Shown: positions 53,600 through 63,182, counted from the first letter of the stretch. The stretch is 64,000 bases of DNA from Trueperaceae bacterium (GCA_019454765.1 JACFNR010000001.1:100790-164789); one strand, 5' to 3'. The notes: generated by a model not told the origin, from the letters alone. Program-made: numbers and translations.

Positions 53600-55252
53600 G
53601 TGACGGTGCGGCGAGCTGAGCGCGGCCGCCGCGCGCGGCGCCTGCTCGCCTGCCTCGTGGCGTGCTGGGGGGTCGCGACGGCGCAACCGTACGCGGCTGC
53701 CGGTGACTGGGCGCGACCGCACCGGGTCAAGACCGCCGAGCGCGCCGTTGCCGCGGTGGCGGCGGCGTGGCCCACGGCCGGGCCCACCGTCGCGTGGGCG
53801 GGGCAGGACGCCGTCTGGGCGGTGACGGGGGGAGCTGCTCCCGAGCGGCTCGCCGCGGCCGACAACGTGCGCGCCGTCAGCGCGGGGAGCGTGGGGGGCG
53901 AACTGGTCGTCGCCTGGGCGCAGCGCGACCGCAACACCGGACTCCACCACCACCTGCTCTGGCGTCACGGCGCCGTCACGGAACTCTTCACCGACCCGCT
54001 CGCCGTCGAGTTCACGGTGATGGAGCTGGGCGGGGTCGGCTACCTGGCGGCGGCGCTGCGCCGCGACGGTCGGGCCGAACTCACCCTGATCCCGGTGGAC
54101 GGCGGCGAGTCGCGGGTCTTCCACCGCACCCCGCTCTCGGTGCGCGGCCTTACCTTCGCCGGCACCGCGGACGGCGGCGCGTGGGCCGCCTGGTTGCAGG
54201 GGAGGACGGAGCGGACCGAGTTCGGGGTGCAGGCCGAGTGGCACCCCTACGTGGCGTTGCTGCAGGCGGGAGACGTCGGCCCGGCGGCGGCCACGGCGCT
54301 CGGGGACGCCGAGGTCGCCGACGAGCGGCAGCGCGCCGTGGTCGCGGCGTCGCCCACGGGCGACGCGCGCGTCCTGTGGACGAGCGAGGACGGTGGCCTG
54401 GTGCTCGGCGAGGTCGCGGCGGTCCGCGGCGCCGCGCCTACGCTGGTGGGCGTGAGGACCGTCGGGGCCGACGGCCGGCCCCTCGCTGCCGCCTGGCCCC
54501 GCTTCTACTGGACCACCGGCACCAGCTTCGCCCTGCTCGACGCGAGCGACCCGGCCGGGACGCCCCGCAACGTCCTGTGGTCACCCGTCACCGTGGAGGG
54601 CGCCGCCTTCGCCAGCGCGACCGCCGCGTCGTCCCTCGGACCCGCCAACCTCCTCGCCTGGTACGGCCGGGCGCAAGGGGGTGGAGTGGAGCTCTGGGCC
54701 TCGAACGACACCGCGCCCATGCGCCCGGGGTGGACGGACCGGCTCGCCGCCCTGATGGGTTGGAACCCCTGGTTCGTGGCCGAGCAGGCCGTCGGACAGG
54801 CGCTCACCTCGCTCCTGGTCGGGGTGCTCGCCGTGCTGGCGGCCGTGCCCTTCCTACTGGTCGCCGTCCCCCTGACGGTGATCGCCGTGGGGCGCCGACG
54901 CCCGGTCGGCTTCGGGCCGGGCGCGCGCCCGGCGGGTGGGCGTCCCGCGGGCGGGCGCGCGGCGGGTGGGCCGGCGGCGGGCCTGGCGCTTGGCGCCCTC
55001 CCCCTGCTGGCGGCCGCCATCGCTCTCGCCGCGACGGGGGTCTACGGGGGCGACGCCCCGGCCGCGGCCGTCGGTGGGGTGGCGCTGGCGTTGGGAGTGG
55101 GATTCGCCGCCGGTGGCCTCGCCGCCCGCCGGGGGGATCGCGAGCTGCAGAGCACGGTCTTCCTGGCCGCCGCCACGACCATCTTCGCCGGCGTCGCCAC
55201 TTGGTCGTTCATCACCTACGCGGCCTGGGCCCCCTTGGTGGGCCTGGCCTGA
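53600..55252 (+). CDS. Hypothetical envelope protein: signal peptide, ~370-aa Trp-rich repeat ectodomain, ~4 C-terminal TM helices
   Basis: Strong GC3 bias. The signal reads LLACLVACWGVATAQ. Recurrent short beta-like units end in W (VAWAGQD, VVAWAQRD, AWAAWLQG, VLWTSEDGG, VELWASND). I recognise no family. Confidence 0.6.
   Translation: MTVRRAERGRRARRLLACLVACWGVATAQPYAAAGDWARPHRVKTAERAVAAVAAAWPTAGPTVAWAGQDAVWAVTGGAAPERLAAADNVRAVSAGSVGGELVVAWAQRDRNTGLHHHLLWRHGAVTELFTDPLAVEFTVMELGGVGYLAAALRRDGRAELTLIPVDGGESRVFHRTPLSVRGLTFAGTADGGAWAAWLQGRTERTEFGVQAEWHPYVALLQAGDVGPAAATALGDAEVADERQRAVVAASPTGDARVLWTSEDGGLVLGEVAAVRGAAPTLVGVRTVGADGRPLAAAWPRFYWTTGTSFALLDASDPAGTPRNVLWSPVTVEGAAFASATAASSLGPANLLAWYGRAQGGGVELWASNDTAPMRPGWTDRLAALMGWNPWFVAEQAVGQALTSLLVGVLAVLAAVPFLLVAVPLTVIAVGRRRPVGFGPGARPAGGRPAGGRAAGGPAAGLALGALPLLAAAIALAATGVYGGDAPAAAVGGVALALGVGFAAGGLAARRGDRELQSTVFLAAATTIFAGVATWSFITYAAWAPLVGLA
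54926..54985 (+). repeat. Imperfect 15-nt tandem repeat x4 inside the hypothetical gene (codes RPAGG RPAGG RAAGG PAAGL)
   Basis: Read directly: cgcccggcgggtggg / cgtcccgcgggcggg / cgcgcggcgggtggg / ccggcggcgggcctg. Confidence 0.6.
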
Positions 55253-55337
55253 CCGCACGCGCGCTGCGCGCCCGGCGGGCCGCGAGGCGCACAGCGCGCC
55301 GATGAACCGACCAGGTCGTGTGTTAGGCTGGCCCGGC

Positions 55338-55829
55338 ATGAAGTTCAAGGTGGGCGACCACGTGGTTTACCCTTCCCAGGGGGCTGGGGTCGTGGCGGAA
55401 CGGACCTCCCGCGTGGTGCTCGGGCAGGAACACGAGTACCTGAAGGTCGTTTTCGCCAGGGGTGACATGGAGGTGCTCGTCCCCGTCAAGCGAGGTCAGG
55501 AGGTGGGGCTCCGGCACACCGTCGGGGTGGACGAGGTGCCGCGCCTGCTCGAGTCGATCCGCGCCGCCGACCTGGCCCTGCCGGCCCAATGGCCGCCGCG
55601 CTTCCGCGCCGAGCAGGACATCCTCTCCGGCGGGAGCGCGTACGACCTGGCGCGGCTCTCCGGCGTCCTCGCCAAGCGCGACGCCGAGAAGGGCCTGGCC
55701 GCCACAGAGCGCGAGGTGCTCGACAACGCCCTCACCATGCTGGGCAGCGAGCTCGCCGTCGTGCTGGGAGTCGGCCTGGACGAGGCCGACGCGCTCCTAC
55801 GCGAGGCCATGGCCCACCACGGCGTGTGA
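55338..55829 (+). CDS. carD: CarD/CdnL-family RNA-polymerase-binding transcription factor
   Basis: Starts MKFKVGDHVVYPSQGAGVV...EYLKV, the typical CarD N-terminal Tudor-like domain. 163 aa. Confidence 0.88.
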   Translation: MKFKVGDHVVYPSQGAGVVAERTSRVVLGQEHEYLKVVFARGDMEVLVPVKRGQEVGLRHTVGVDEVPRLLESIRAADLALPAQWPPRFRAEQDILSGGSAYDLARLSGVLAKRDAEKGLAATEREVLDNALTMLGSELAVVLGVGLDEADALLREAMAHHGV

Positions 55830-56719
55830 CCGCCGACGAGACGCAGCCTTCCTCGGGTAGCACCGGGCAGGGCGTACGCGCGCACGCGCTCGCGCTGCTG
55901 GCACGCCACGGGCTCCGGGCCGACAAGGGGTTCGGACAGAACTTCCTGGTGGACCGCGCGGTGCTGGCCGCCATCGTGGGCGCCGCCGAGCTCGTGCCGG
56001 GCGAGCGGGTGCTCGAGGTCGGTCCCGGTCTCGGCGTCCTGACGCGCGCGCTGCTCGACGCCGGCGCGGCCGTGACGAGCGTGGAGCTGGACGCCAGGCT
56101 CGTGCCGGTGCTCGAGACCGAGTTCTCGGCCGAGCTGGGTCGGGCGGACGCCGGCGGTCTCACCCTCGTCCGCGGTGACGCGCTACGCTTCGACCTGGCC
56201 GCCGTGGGCGAGGGCGCCAAGCTCGTGGCCAACCTGCCGTACAACGTGGCGACGCCCATCGTCGCCCGCCTGCTGGAGTCGGGGCGCTTCGCGCGCCTCG
56301 TCTTCCTGGTGCAGCGCGAGGTAGGCGAGCGGCTGTGCGCCGCCCCCGGCACCCCCGCGTTCGGCGCGCTGTCGCTCCTCGTGGCTCATTTCGGGACCGC
56401 GAAGGTTGTTAGGCACGTGCCACCGGGGGCGTTCCTGCCGGCGCCGAAGGTGACCTCGACCGTGATCCGCATCGACACGGACCCGGCGGCGCGGCCGGAC
56501 CCCGCGCTGTTCGCGCTCATCCACTCCGCCTTCGCCCACCGCCGCAAGACGCTCGTCAAGAACCTGCAGTACGCGGGCACCGAGCGCGCCGCCGCCGAGG
56601 CGGCCGTCGCGGCGGTCGGCCTCGATCCCCGGGTGCGAGCGGAGCAGCTCGGCCTACCCGAGTTCGGCCGCCTGGCCGCACGCCTGGGCCTGGCAGCCGG
56701 CGTCCCACCTGCCTCATGA
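55826..56719 (+). CDS. rsmA: 16S rRNA (adenine1518/1519-N6)-dimethyltransferase
   Basis: Has GQNFLVD and the SAM motif LEVGPGLGVLT, plus NLPYN. GTG 55826 overlaps the carD stop (GTGA). Confidence 0.9.
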   Translation: MTADETQPSSGSTGQGVRAHALALLARHGLRADKGFGQNFLVDRAVLAAIVGAAELVPGERVLEVGPGLGVLTRALLDAGAAVTSVELDARLVPVLETEFSAELGRADAGGLTLVRGDALRFDLAAVGEGAKLVANLPYNVATPIVARLLESGRFARLVFLVQREVGERLCAAPGTPAFGALSLLVAHFGTAKVVRHVPPGAFLPAPKVTSTVIRIDTDPAARPDPALFALIHSAFAHRRKTLVKNLQYAGTERAAAEAAVAAVGLDPRVRAEQLGLPEFGRLAARLGLAAGVPPAS

Positions 56720-56803
56720 AACGGCGAGTATACTGCTCCAAGCGACAACATCTCCCGGCCCCGACCCACCAGGTCAGGTTGCGCCGGTAGGAGCAGAGAG
56801 CGA

Positions 56804-57748
56804 ATGGCGCATTTCTTCGTGGTCGGCGACGCCACCGTCGACCAGATGTACTTCGTGAACGACTTCCCCGAGCACGGCGGCGAGGTCCCGGCCGTGCGCG
56901 CGGTCATGGAACCCGGCGGCTCCGGCGGCACCGTCGCCACCGTCCTGGCGCGCCTCGGCAACCCCACGCGCATCGCCACCCGCGTCGGGACCGGCCCGTT
57001 CTCGGCGCTCGCCCTACGCAACATCGTCGACGCGGGTGTCGACACCTCGCTGATCCAGAAGGACCCCGACCTGCAGACCAGCTCGATCATGCTGATCATC
57101 ACGCCCGACGCCCAACGCACCATGATCAGCGCCGCCGGCGCCAGCCGCCAACTCGATTCGGCCGAGCTCGAAGAGGCCGCGGTGGCCGAATGCGACGCGC
57201 TCGTCATGAGCGCCTACAGCCTCATCGGCGGCCCGCAGAAGGAGTACGCCCTACAGGCCCTGGCGTACGCCCACAAGCACAAGCTGACCACGTTCGTGGA
57301 CCTGGGCACCGGCGCCGTGAAGGCCATGCAGCGCCGGCTCGTCGACACCCTGCGCGACGTCGACTACTGGTTGATGAACGAGCACGAGCTCTACCTGTTG
57401 ACCGGGCGCTCGTCCATCTCGGACGCCGTCCACGACCTGCGCGGCGTGGGCGTTGAGCAGCTGGTGGTCAAGGTCGGGGCCATGGGCTCCATCGTGATAA
57501 CGGCCGAATCGAACGAGCTGGTGGAGGCGCACGAGATCGACGTGGTCGTCGACTCCACCGGCGCCGGCGACTACTTCACGGCCGCGTTCGCGCACGCCGT
57601 CATGGCCGGCCACGACATCCACGAGGCCGCCCGCTACGGCAACGTGGCCGGCGCGCTGAACACCACCAGGGTGGGGGCCCAGAGCCTGGTGCTGGACGAG
57701 GCCACGCTGCGGCGCCACGCGGCCGTGCTGTCAGATGCGCCAGCCTGA
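56804..57748 (+). CDS. PfkB-family carbohydrate kinase (ribokinase-like)
   Basis: The N-terminus is VVGDATVDQ and the C-terminal motif is DSTGAGD. The substrate is unknown. Confidence 0.8.
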   Translation: MAHFFVVGDATVDQMYFVNDFPEHGGEVPAVRAVMEPGGSGGTVATVLARLGNPTRIATRVGTGPFSALALRNIVDAGVDTSLIQKDPDLQTSSIMLIITPDAQRTMISAAGASRQLDSAELEEAAVAECDALVMSAYSLIGGPQKEYALQALAYAHKHKLTTFVDLGTGAVKAMQRRLVDTLRDVDYWLMNEHELYLLTGRSSISDAVHDLRGVGVEQLVVKVGAMGSIVITAESNELVEAHEIDVVVDSTGAGDYFTAAFAHAVMAGHDIHEAARYGNVAGALNTTRVGAQSLVLDEATLRRHAAVLSDAPA

Positions 57749-58772
57749 ACGCCGCCGGCGGCCACGACCCCTCGCCCCTATCCTCCTCGCCCTCGTCCTC
57801 CTGGCAGGGGCGGGCGCCGCGGCGGCGCAGGCGGGTTCCAACGCGGGGCGCTTCGACGCGGCTTGGGACCTGGTCGCCACGCGCTACTGGCACCTGGAAC
57901 GCACGGGCGTCGACTGGGACCAGGTGCGCGCCGACTACAGGCCGCGGGCGGTGGAGGCGCCGGACGACGCGGCGCTCTACGCGCTGCTCGAGGAGATGTA
58001 CTCCCTTCTCGGCGACGACCACTCCGTCTTCGTTCCCCCTGACCGCGTCGCCGAGGTGCGCGCCGAGTACGGCGACCTGCCGTGCGTGATGCTCCTCGGC
58101 GCGGCGAGCGGCGGCAGGGCCACCGCGGCCGCCGCCCTCCCGCTGCTCGCTCGCGCCCAGGGCGCCGTCGTGCCGCTCACCGACGAGGCGCGGCTGGCCA
58201 ACGTCCGCTACGGGGTCGCGGCGGCGGGCGTCGGCTACGTGCGCCTGCCGGACCTGGCCTCGGACGGCGCCGCGGCGGCCGTCCGCACCGCGGTGACCGC
58301 GCTCGAGAGCGCGGGCGTCGGAGCGCTCGTCCTCGACCTGCGCGGCAACCCGGGCGGCCGCCTCGTGACGATGATGCAGGTGGCCGGCGTGTTCACCAGC
58401 GGCTTCATCTGGCGCACCATCACCAGCTGGACGTTGCCGCTCCCGTACCCGGCCATCGGGCTGACGCACACCGACCTGCCGCTCGTGGTCCTCATCGACG
58501 GGGGCGTCAACAGCGCCGCCGAGGGACTGGCGGGCGGCCTGCAGCAGCGCGGCAGGGCGGTGGTGGTGGGCGAGCGCAGCGCCGGCAACGTGGAGGCCCT
58601 CCTGCCCTTCTGCCTGCGCGACGGCTCGCAGGCGTGGATCGCCACGGGCGTCCTCGCCCCGATCGGCGGGCCGACCTGGGAGGGGCGCGGCGTCGAACCC
58701 GACGTCGCCGCCACCTCCGACACGGCGCTGGCGGCGGCCCTCGCCTACCTGGCGTCGCTGAAGGGCGAGTAG
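57735..58772 (+). CDS. S41-family peptidase (tail-specific protease-like), secreted
   Basis: Has a signal peptide and the motifs LDLRGNPGG and VVLIDGGVNSAAE. The start overlaps the kinase gene by 14 nt. Confidence 0.8.
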   Translation: MRQPERRRRPRPLAPILLALVLLAGAGAAAAQAGSNAGRFDAAWDLVATRYWHLERTGVDWDQVRADYRPRAVEAPDDAALYALLEEMYSLLGDDHSVFVPPDRVAEVRAEYGDLPCVMLLGAASGGRATAAAALPLLARAQGAVVPLTDEARLANVRYGVAAAGVGYVRLPDLASDGAAAAVRTAVTALESAGVGALVLDLRGNPGGRLVTMMQVAGVFTSGFIWRTITSWTLPLPYPAIGLTHTDLPLVVLIDGGVNSAAEGLAGGLQQRGRAVVVGERSAGNVEALLPFCLRDGSQAWIATGVLAPIGGPTWEGRGVEPDVAATSDTALAAALAYLASLKGE

Positions 58773-59650
58773 TGAGCACGGGCGCCCCGGCGGACATCGT
58801 CCGCGTGTCCGCGCACCTCTGGTCAGTCCGGCTGCCCTGCGACACGTTGCCGCCCTACGACCACGTCAACGCATACGTGGTGGCCGGCGGCGGCGTGGCC
58901 GTGGTGGTGGACCCGGGGTCGAACCGACCCGAGGCGCAGGCCATGCTCCGCGCCGCCCTGACCGCGGCCGGCGCGCGGCTCCTCAAGGGCATCGCGCTGA
59001 CGCACACGCACCCAGACCACGTGGACGGGGTGCCGCCACTGGCGGCCTACGAGGCGGACCGGAACGGCACGGCCCCGCCGCTCCTCGTCCACGCCGCCGA
59101 GGCGGGGAACCTGCCCGACCGGAACGTGACCTACCTGGCCGACGGCCGCGTGCTCACCGTTGGCGACGCGACCATGACCGCGCTGCACACCCCCGGTCAT
59201 AGCCCCGGTCACCTCACCTTCGTCGTGGCGGGCCCCGCCGGCGAGGTCGAGGCGGCACTGGTCGGCGACCTGGCGGTGGCGACCGGCTCGGTCTGGGTCG
59301 GGCTGCCCGAGGGCGACGTCAGCGCCTACCTCGCCACCCTCGAGCGCGTAGCCGCGATCGGCGCTCCCCTGCTGGCCCCGGGCCACGGCGCGCTCATCGA
59401 GAACCCTGTGCGACGGCTACAGGAACTGGCGGCCCACCGCCGCGAGCGCGAGGCGCAAGTGCTCGCCGCGCTCGCGGTGGGCAGCGCCACCGCCGCCGAG
59501 ATCACCCGCCGCGTCTACCCGGGCCACCCGGACGCCGTGCTGGCGCTGGCGGAGCAGACCGTCCTCGCGCACCTGGTCAAGCTGATGCGCGAGATGAAGG
59601 TCGTCCACCTCGGCGACGACCACCGCGGCCCGTACGCGTTGCGGGGCTGA
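58772..59650 (+). CDS. MBL-fold metallo-hydrolase
   Basis: Has THTHPDHVDG (HxHxDH), plus HTPGHSPGH. The GTG start shares 1 nt with the upstream TAG. Confidence 0.82.
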   Translation: MSTGAPADIVRVSAHLWSVRLPCDTLPPYDHVNAYVVAGGGVAVVVDPGSNRPEAQAMLRAALTAAGARLLKGIALTHTHPDHVDGVPPLAAYEADRNGTAPPLLVHAAEAGNLPDRNVTYLADGRVLTVGDATMTALHTPGHSPGHLTFVVAGPAGEVEAALVGDLAVATGSVWVGLPEGDVSAYLATLERVAAIGAPLLAPGHGALIENPVRRLQELAAHRREREAQVLAALAVGSATAAEITRRVYPGHPDAVLALAEQTVLAHLVKLMREMKVVHLGDDHRGPYALRG

Positions 59651-59669
59651 GGCGCCTCGGCCCGCGCCG

Positions 59670-60962
59670 CTAGTCGGGCCAGTCGAGGAGGGCCGCCCTG
59701 AGCGCCGCCGACTCGGGTTGCAGGGACTCGACGCGCTTCGGCGCCGCCGCGAAGCGCCGCAACTGGGCGGGCACGTCCGGTGCCATTCCCGTCGCCCGCA
59801 GCACGGCCTCGGGGAACTTGGCGGGGTGCGCGGTGGCGAGGACCAACGCGGGCACCGCGGCCTCGCCCTCGGTTGCCGCCCTGAGCCGTTCGAGCGCCGC
59901 CAGGCCGACGGCGGTGTGCGGGCACACGAGGCGGCCGCCGGCGAGGGACGTGGCTCGCATGGTCGCGAAGGTCGCGTCGTCGTCGATGGCCAGGCCCGTC
60001 ACCCGGCGGCGCATGTCCTCGCCCAACCACGCGTGCAGGCGCTCGAAGTTCGACGGCGCACCCACGTCCATGGCGTTGGACGGCGTGGCCACGCCGGCGG
60101 CGAAGGCGAAGGCGTCGGCGGCGCCCGCCAGGTAGCGGGGGAAGTAGTCGTTGCGGTTGTGGGCGGCGAGGAAGCCGGCCACGGCCAGGCCCGCCTCGGC
60201 CGCCAGCATCCCGGCGGTGAGGTTGCCGAGGTTGCCGCTCGGCACGACCACGCGCAGCGCCTCCTCCGCGCCCCGCGCCTCCCACACGCGCGCCGTCCCC
60301 CACAGGTAGTAGAGCGCCTGCGGCAGCAGGCGGCCGACGTTGATGGAGTTGGCCGACGTCAGCCTCAAACCCTCCAGCGCCGGGTCGGCGAACGCCGCCT
60401 TGACGAGGCGCTGGCAGTCGTCGAAGGTGCCCTTCACGGCGAACGCCCTCACCCCCGGGCGCTCGGCGGTGAGCTGCGCCTCCTGCACGGGGCTGACGCC
60501 GCCAGAAGGGTACAAGACCGCCACCCTCACGTTGGGAACGCCCGAGAAGGCGTCCGCCACGGCGCTGCCAGTGTCGCCCGAGGTGGCCACGAGGACGGTC
60601 ACTGCGGCGCCCCGCCGCTCGAGCGCCGCCCCCATGGAGCGCGCCAGCGAGCGCGCCCCCACGTCCTTGAACGCCGCCGTCGGGCCGTGGAACAGCTCCA
60701 GCAGGTAGACGTCGCCCGGCAACTCGACCACCGGCCACGGGAAGTCGAGGCCCTGCGCAACCGCCTCCGCCGCCTCCTCCCCCATGTAGACCGGCAGCAC
60801 GAGCCGCGCCAGCGCGGCCGGGCTCCCGGCCGCCGCCCAGCCGTCCGGCAGCGGCGGAACGGCGGTCGGCCAGTAGAGCCCGCCGTCGGGGGCGATGCCC
60901 TCGAGGATGGCCTCCTCGAAACCGACCTCGCCGGCGCCCCGCCGTGTGCTGCGGTAGCGCAT
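59670..60962 (-). CDS. thrC: Threonine synthase
   Basis: Starts MRYRSTRRGAGEVGFEEAILEGIAPDGGLYWP and has the PLP lysine motif AFKDVGAR. 430 aa from ATG 60962, which overlaps the hom stop. Confidence 0.9.
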   Translation of the reverse strand: MRYRSTRRGAGEVGFEEAILEGIAPDGGLYWPTAVPPLPDGWAAAGSPAALARLVLPVYMGEEAAEAVAQGLDFPWPVVELPGDVYLLELFHGPTAAFKDVGARSLARSMGAALERRGAAVTVLVATSGDTGSAVADAFSGVPNVRVAVLYPSGGVSPVQEAQLTAERPGVRAFAVKGTFDDCQRLVKAAFADPALEGLRLTSANSINVGRLLPQALYYLWGTARVWEARGAEEALRVVVPSGNLGNLTAGMLAAEAGLAVAGFLAAHNRNDYFPRYLAGAADAFAFAAGVATPSNAMDVGAPSNFERLHAWLGEDMRRRVTGLAIDDDATFATMRATSLAGGRLVCPHTAVGLAALERLRAATEGEAAVPALVLATAHPAKFPEAVLRATGMAPDVPAQLRRFAAAPKRVESLQPESAALRAALLDWPD

Positions 60963-62017
60963 CACAGCTCCTCGACGCCGGCCGCGTCGGCGGCCGCGCC
61001 CGTTGGCGCCGCGGGCCGCGCCAACGGGCGGGGTCCCGAGTCGCCGGCGGCGGCGGCGAGCACGTCGGCGACGACGCCGCTGGCCGTCGAACCGGCGCCG
61101 GCGCCCGCGCCGCGCACGTAGACCTCGCCGACCTGAGCGCCCGTGAAGAGCAGCGCGTTGGTCCCGCCCGTCGTGAGGAGGGGGTGCCCGAGCGCTAGCG
61201 ACACCGGGCGCACCCTCGCCTCCCAGGCTTGCCCGCGCGCCACCACGCTGCCCACGAGCCGGACGCGCCTTCCTCGGCGCGCCTCGGCCGCCAACGCCTC
61301 CGGCGTCAGGTCCGTGATGCCCCGGGCGGCGGTCCGCACCGCCTGCCACGCGATGTTCGGTTCGAACGCCAGGCGGGCGAGCAGGGTCAGCTTGTGGGCC
61401 GCGTCGACGCCCTCCACGTCGAGGCTCGGCTCCGCCTCCGCGTAACCCAGCCGTTGCGCCTCGGCCAACGCCTCGGCGTACGCGACGCCGTCGTCCATCA
61501 TGCTGAGGATCACGTTGCAGGTGCCGTTCAGGACAGCGTGCAGGCTGACGGGGTCCGAGCCGCGCAGGGCGCCGGAGAGCACGCCGACAGCGGGCGTGCC
61601 CGCCATCACCGCCGCCTCGAAGTGGACGCGCCCCGCCTCGAGGTGGGGCAGGTACTCCCCCCACCGTTCCGCCAGCGCCGCCTTGTTGGCCGTGACGAGC
61701 CGCTTGCCCGCGGCGAGGTGCGCCAGCGACAGGTCGGCGGCGACGCCGGTGCCGCCCGCCACCTCGACGACGATGTCGGCGTCGTCGAGGACGGCCGGGT
61801 CGGTGGTGACGAGCCGGCGCCAGCCGGGGAACTCGCGCGGCTTGTCCTCATCGCGCACCAGCACGCCCAGGACCTCGAGCCCTGGCCGTTCGGCCAGCAT
61901 GGCGGCGGCACGCCCACCCACCGTGCCGGCCCCGATGAGCGCGACCTTCGTCGCGAGACGGCCACCACGCCGCGCGGTCTGGTAGATTCGTTGGTCGGTA
62001 GCGTCCGGCTGGTTCAC
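60962..62017 (-). CDS. hom: Homoserine dehydrogenase
   Basis: Has IGAGTVGG, and NGTCNVIL matches the homoserine dehydrogenase catalytic region. The start is GTG 62017. No C-terminal ACT domain is evident. Confidence 0.85.
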   Translation of the reverse strand: MNQPDATDQRIYQTARRGGRLATKVALIGAGTVGGRAAAMLAERPGLEVLGVLVRDEDKPREFPGWRRLVTTDPAVLDDADIVVEVAGGTGVAADLSLAHLAAGKRLVTANKAALAERWGEYLPHLEAGRVHFEAAVMAGTPAVGVLSGALRGSDPVSLHAVLNGTCNVILSMMDDGVAYAEALAEAQRLGYAEAEPSLDVEGVDAAHKLTLLARLAFEPNIAWQAVRTAARGITDLTPEALAAEARRGRRVRLVGSVVARGQAWEARVRPVSLALGHPLLTTGGTNALLFTGAQVGEVYVRGAGAGAGSTASGVVADVLAAAAGDSGPRPLARPAAPTGAAADAAGVEEL

Positions 62018-62096
62018 GGGCGCACTCTATCACTTACGTTGCGCGTCCCAGACGCGCCAACTGCCGGTCGTTGGCGCGTGGGCGCCGAGGAGAAGG

Positions 62097-63182
62097 ATGC
62101 TCCAGGTAGGTATCGTCGGCTTGCCCAACGTGGGCAAGAGCACCCTGTTCAACGCCATCACCCGCGCCGGTGTCGAGGCAGCCAACTACCCGTTCGCGAC
62201 GATCGACAAGAACGTCGGGGTGGTGAGCGTGCCCGACGAGCGCCTGGCCGTCTTGCAGCGCCAGAACTCCAAGGGCGACCGGGTGCCGGTGATCGTGCCC
62301 ACCCACGTCGAGTTCGTCGACATCGCGGGCCTCGTCAAGGGTGCCCACAAGGGCGAGGGGTTGGGTAACCAGTTCCTCGGCCACGTCCGAGAGGTGGCCG
62401 CCATCCTGCACGTGGTGCGCTGCTTCGACGACGACAACGTCGTGCACGTCTCGGGGGAGGTCGACCCGCTGACCGACATCGACGTCATCGACACCGAGTT
62501 GCTGTTGGCCGACATCGCCACCCTCGAGCGCCGGCTGGAGCGGCTGAGGCGGAGCGCCAAGGGGAACCCGGAGGACGCCGCCTGGTTGCCCGGGCTCGAG
62601 CGGCTGCTGGCGGAGCTGAGCGGCGGGCGTGCCGCGCGCGATTCCGCCATCGAGCTGCCCCCCGACCTGGGCCTCCTCACGGCCAAGCCCGTCATCTACG
62701 TCTGCAACGTGGCCGAGGCGGACGTCGTCACGGGCAACCGCCACGTCACTGCGGTGAAGGAGCACGCCGCGAGGCTGGGCGCCGACGTCGTCGTCATCTC
62801 GGCACGCATCGAGGAGGAGCTGGCGCAGCTGGAGCAGGACGACGCGAGGGCGTTCCTCGCCGACATGGGACTCGAGGAGCCCGGCCTCGACCGGCTCGTC
62901 CGCACGGCCTACCACACGCTCGGCCTGCTCACCTTCCTGACCGCCGGCGAGAAGGAGGTGCGCGCCTGGACGGTGCGCGCCGGAGCCAAGGCCCCGCAGG
63001 CGGCCGGGGAGATCCACTCCGACTTCGAACGCGGCTTCATCCGCGCCGAGGTCGTCAGCTACGAGGACCTCGTCGCGGCCGGCAGCATCGCCAACGCGCG
63101 GGCTAAGGGGCGGTTGCGACTCGAGGGCAAGGATTACGTCGTCAAGGACGGCGACGTCATGAACTTCCTCTTCAACGTGTGA
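62097..63182 (+). CDS. ychF: Redox-regulated ribosome-binding ATPase YchF
   Basis: Has VGIVGLPNVGKSTLFNA and the C-terminal TGS/YchF tail DGDVMNFLFNV. GAGGAG lies upstream. Confidence 0.93.
   Translation: MLQVGIVGLPNVGKSTLFNAITRAGVEAANYPFATIDKNVGVVSVPDERLAVLQRQNSKGDRVPVIVPTHVEFVDIAGLVKGAHKGEGLGNQFLGHVREVAAILHVVRCFDDDNVVHVSGEVDPLTDIDVIDTELLLADIATLERRLERLRRSAKGNPEDAAWLPGLERLLAELSGGRAARDSAIELPPDLGLLTAKPVIYVCNVAEADVVTGNRHVTAVKEHAARLGADVVVISARIEEELAQLEQDDARAFLADMGLEEPGLDRLVRTAYHTLGLLTFLTAGEKEVRAWTVRAGAKAPQAAGEIHSDFERGFIRAEVVSYEDLVAAGSIANARAKGRLRLEGKDYVVKDGDVMNFLFNV

Noticed and set aside
59670-61664. 664-aa ORF suggesting a long ThrC or a hom-thrC fusion
   Set aside because: The N-terminal 230 aa are low-complexity Arg/Gly and lie out of frame over the hom gene. 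The canonical ThrC N-terminus starts at ATG 60962, overlapping the hom stop.
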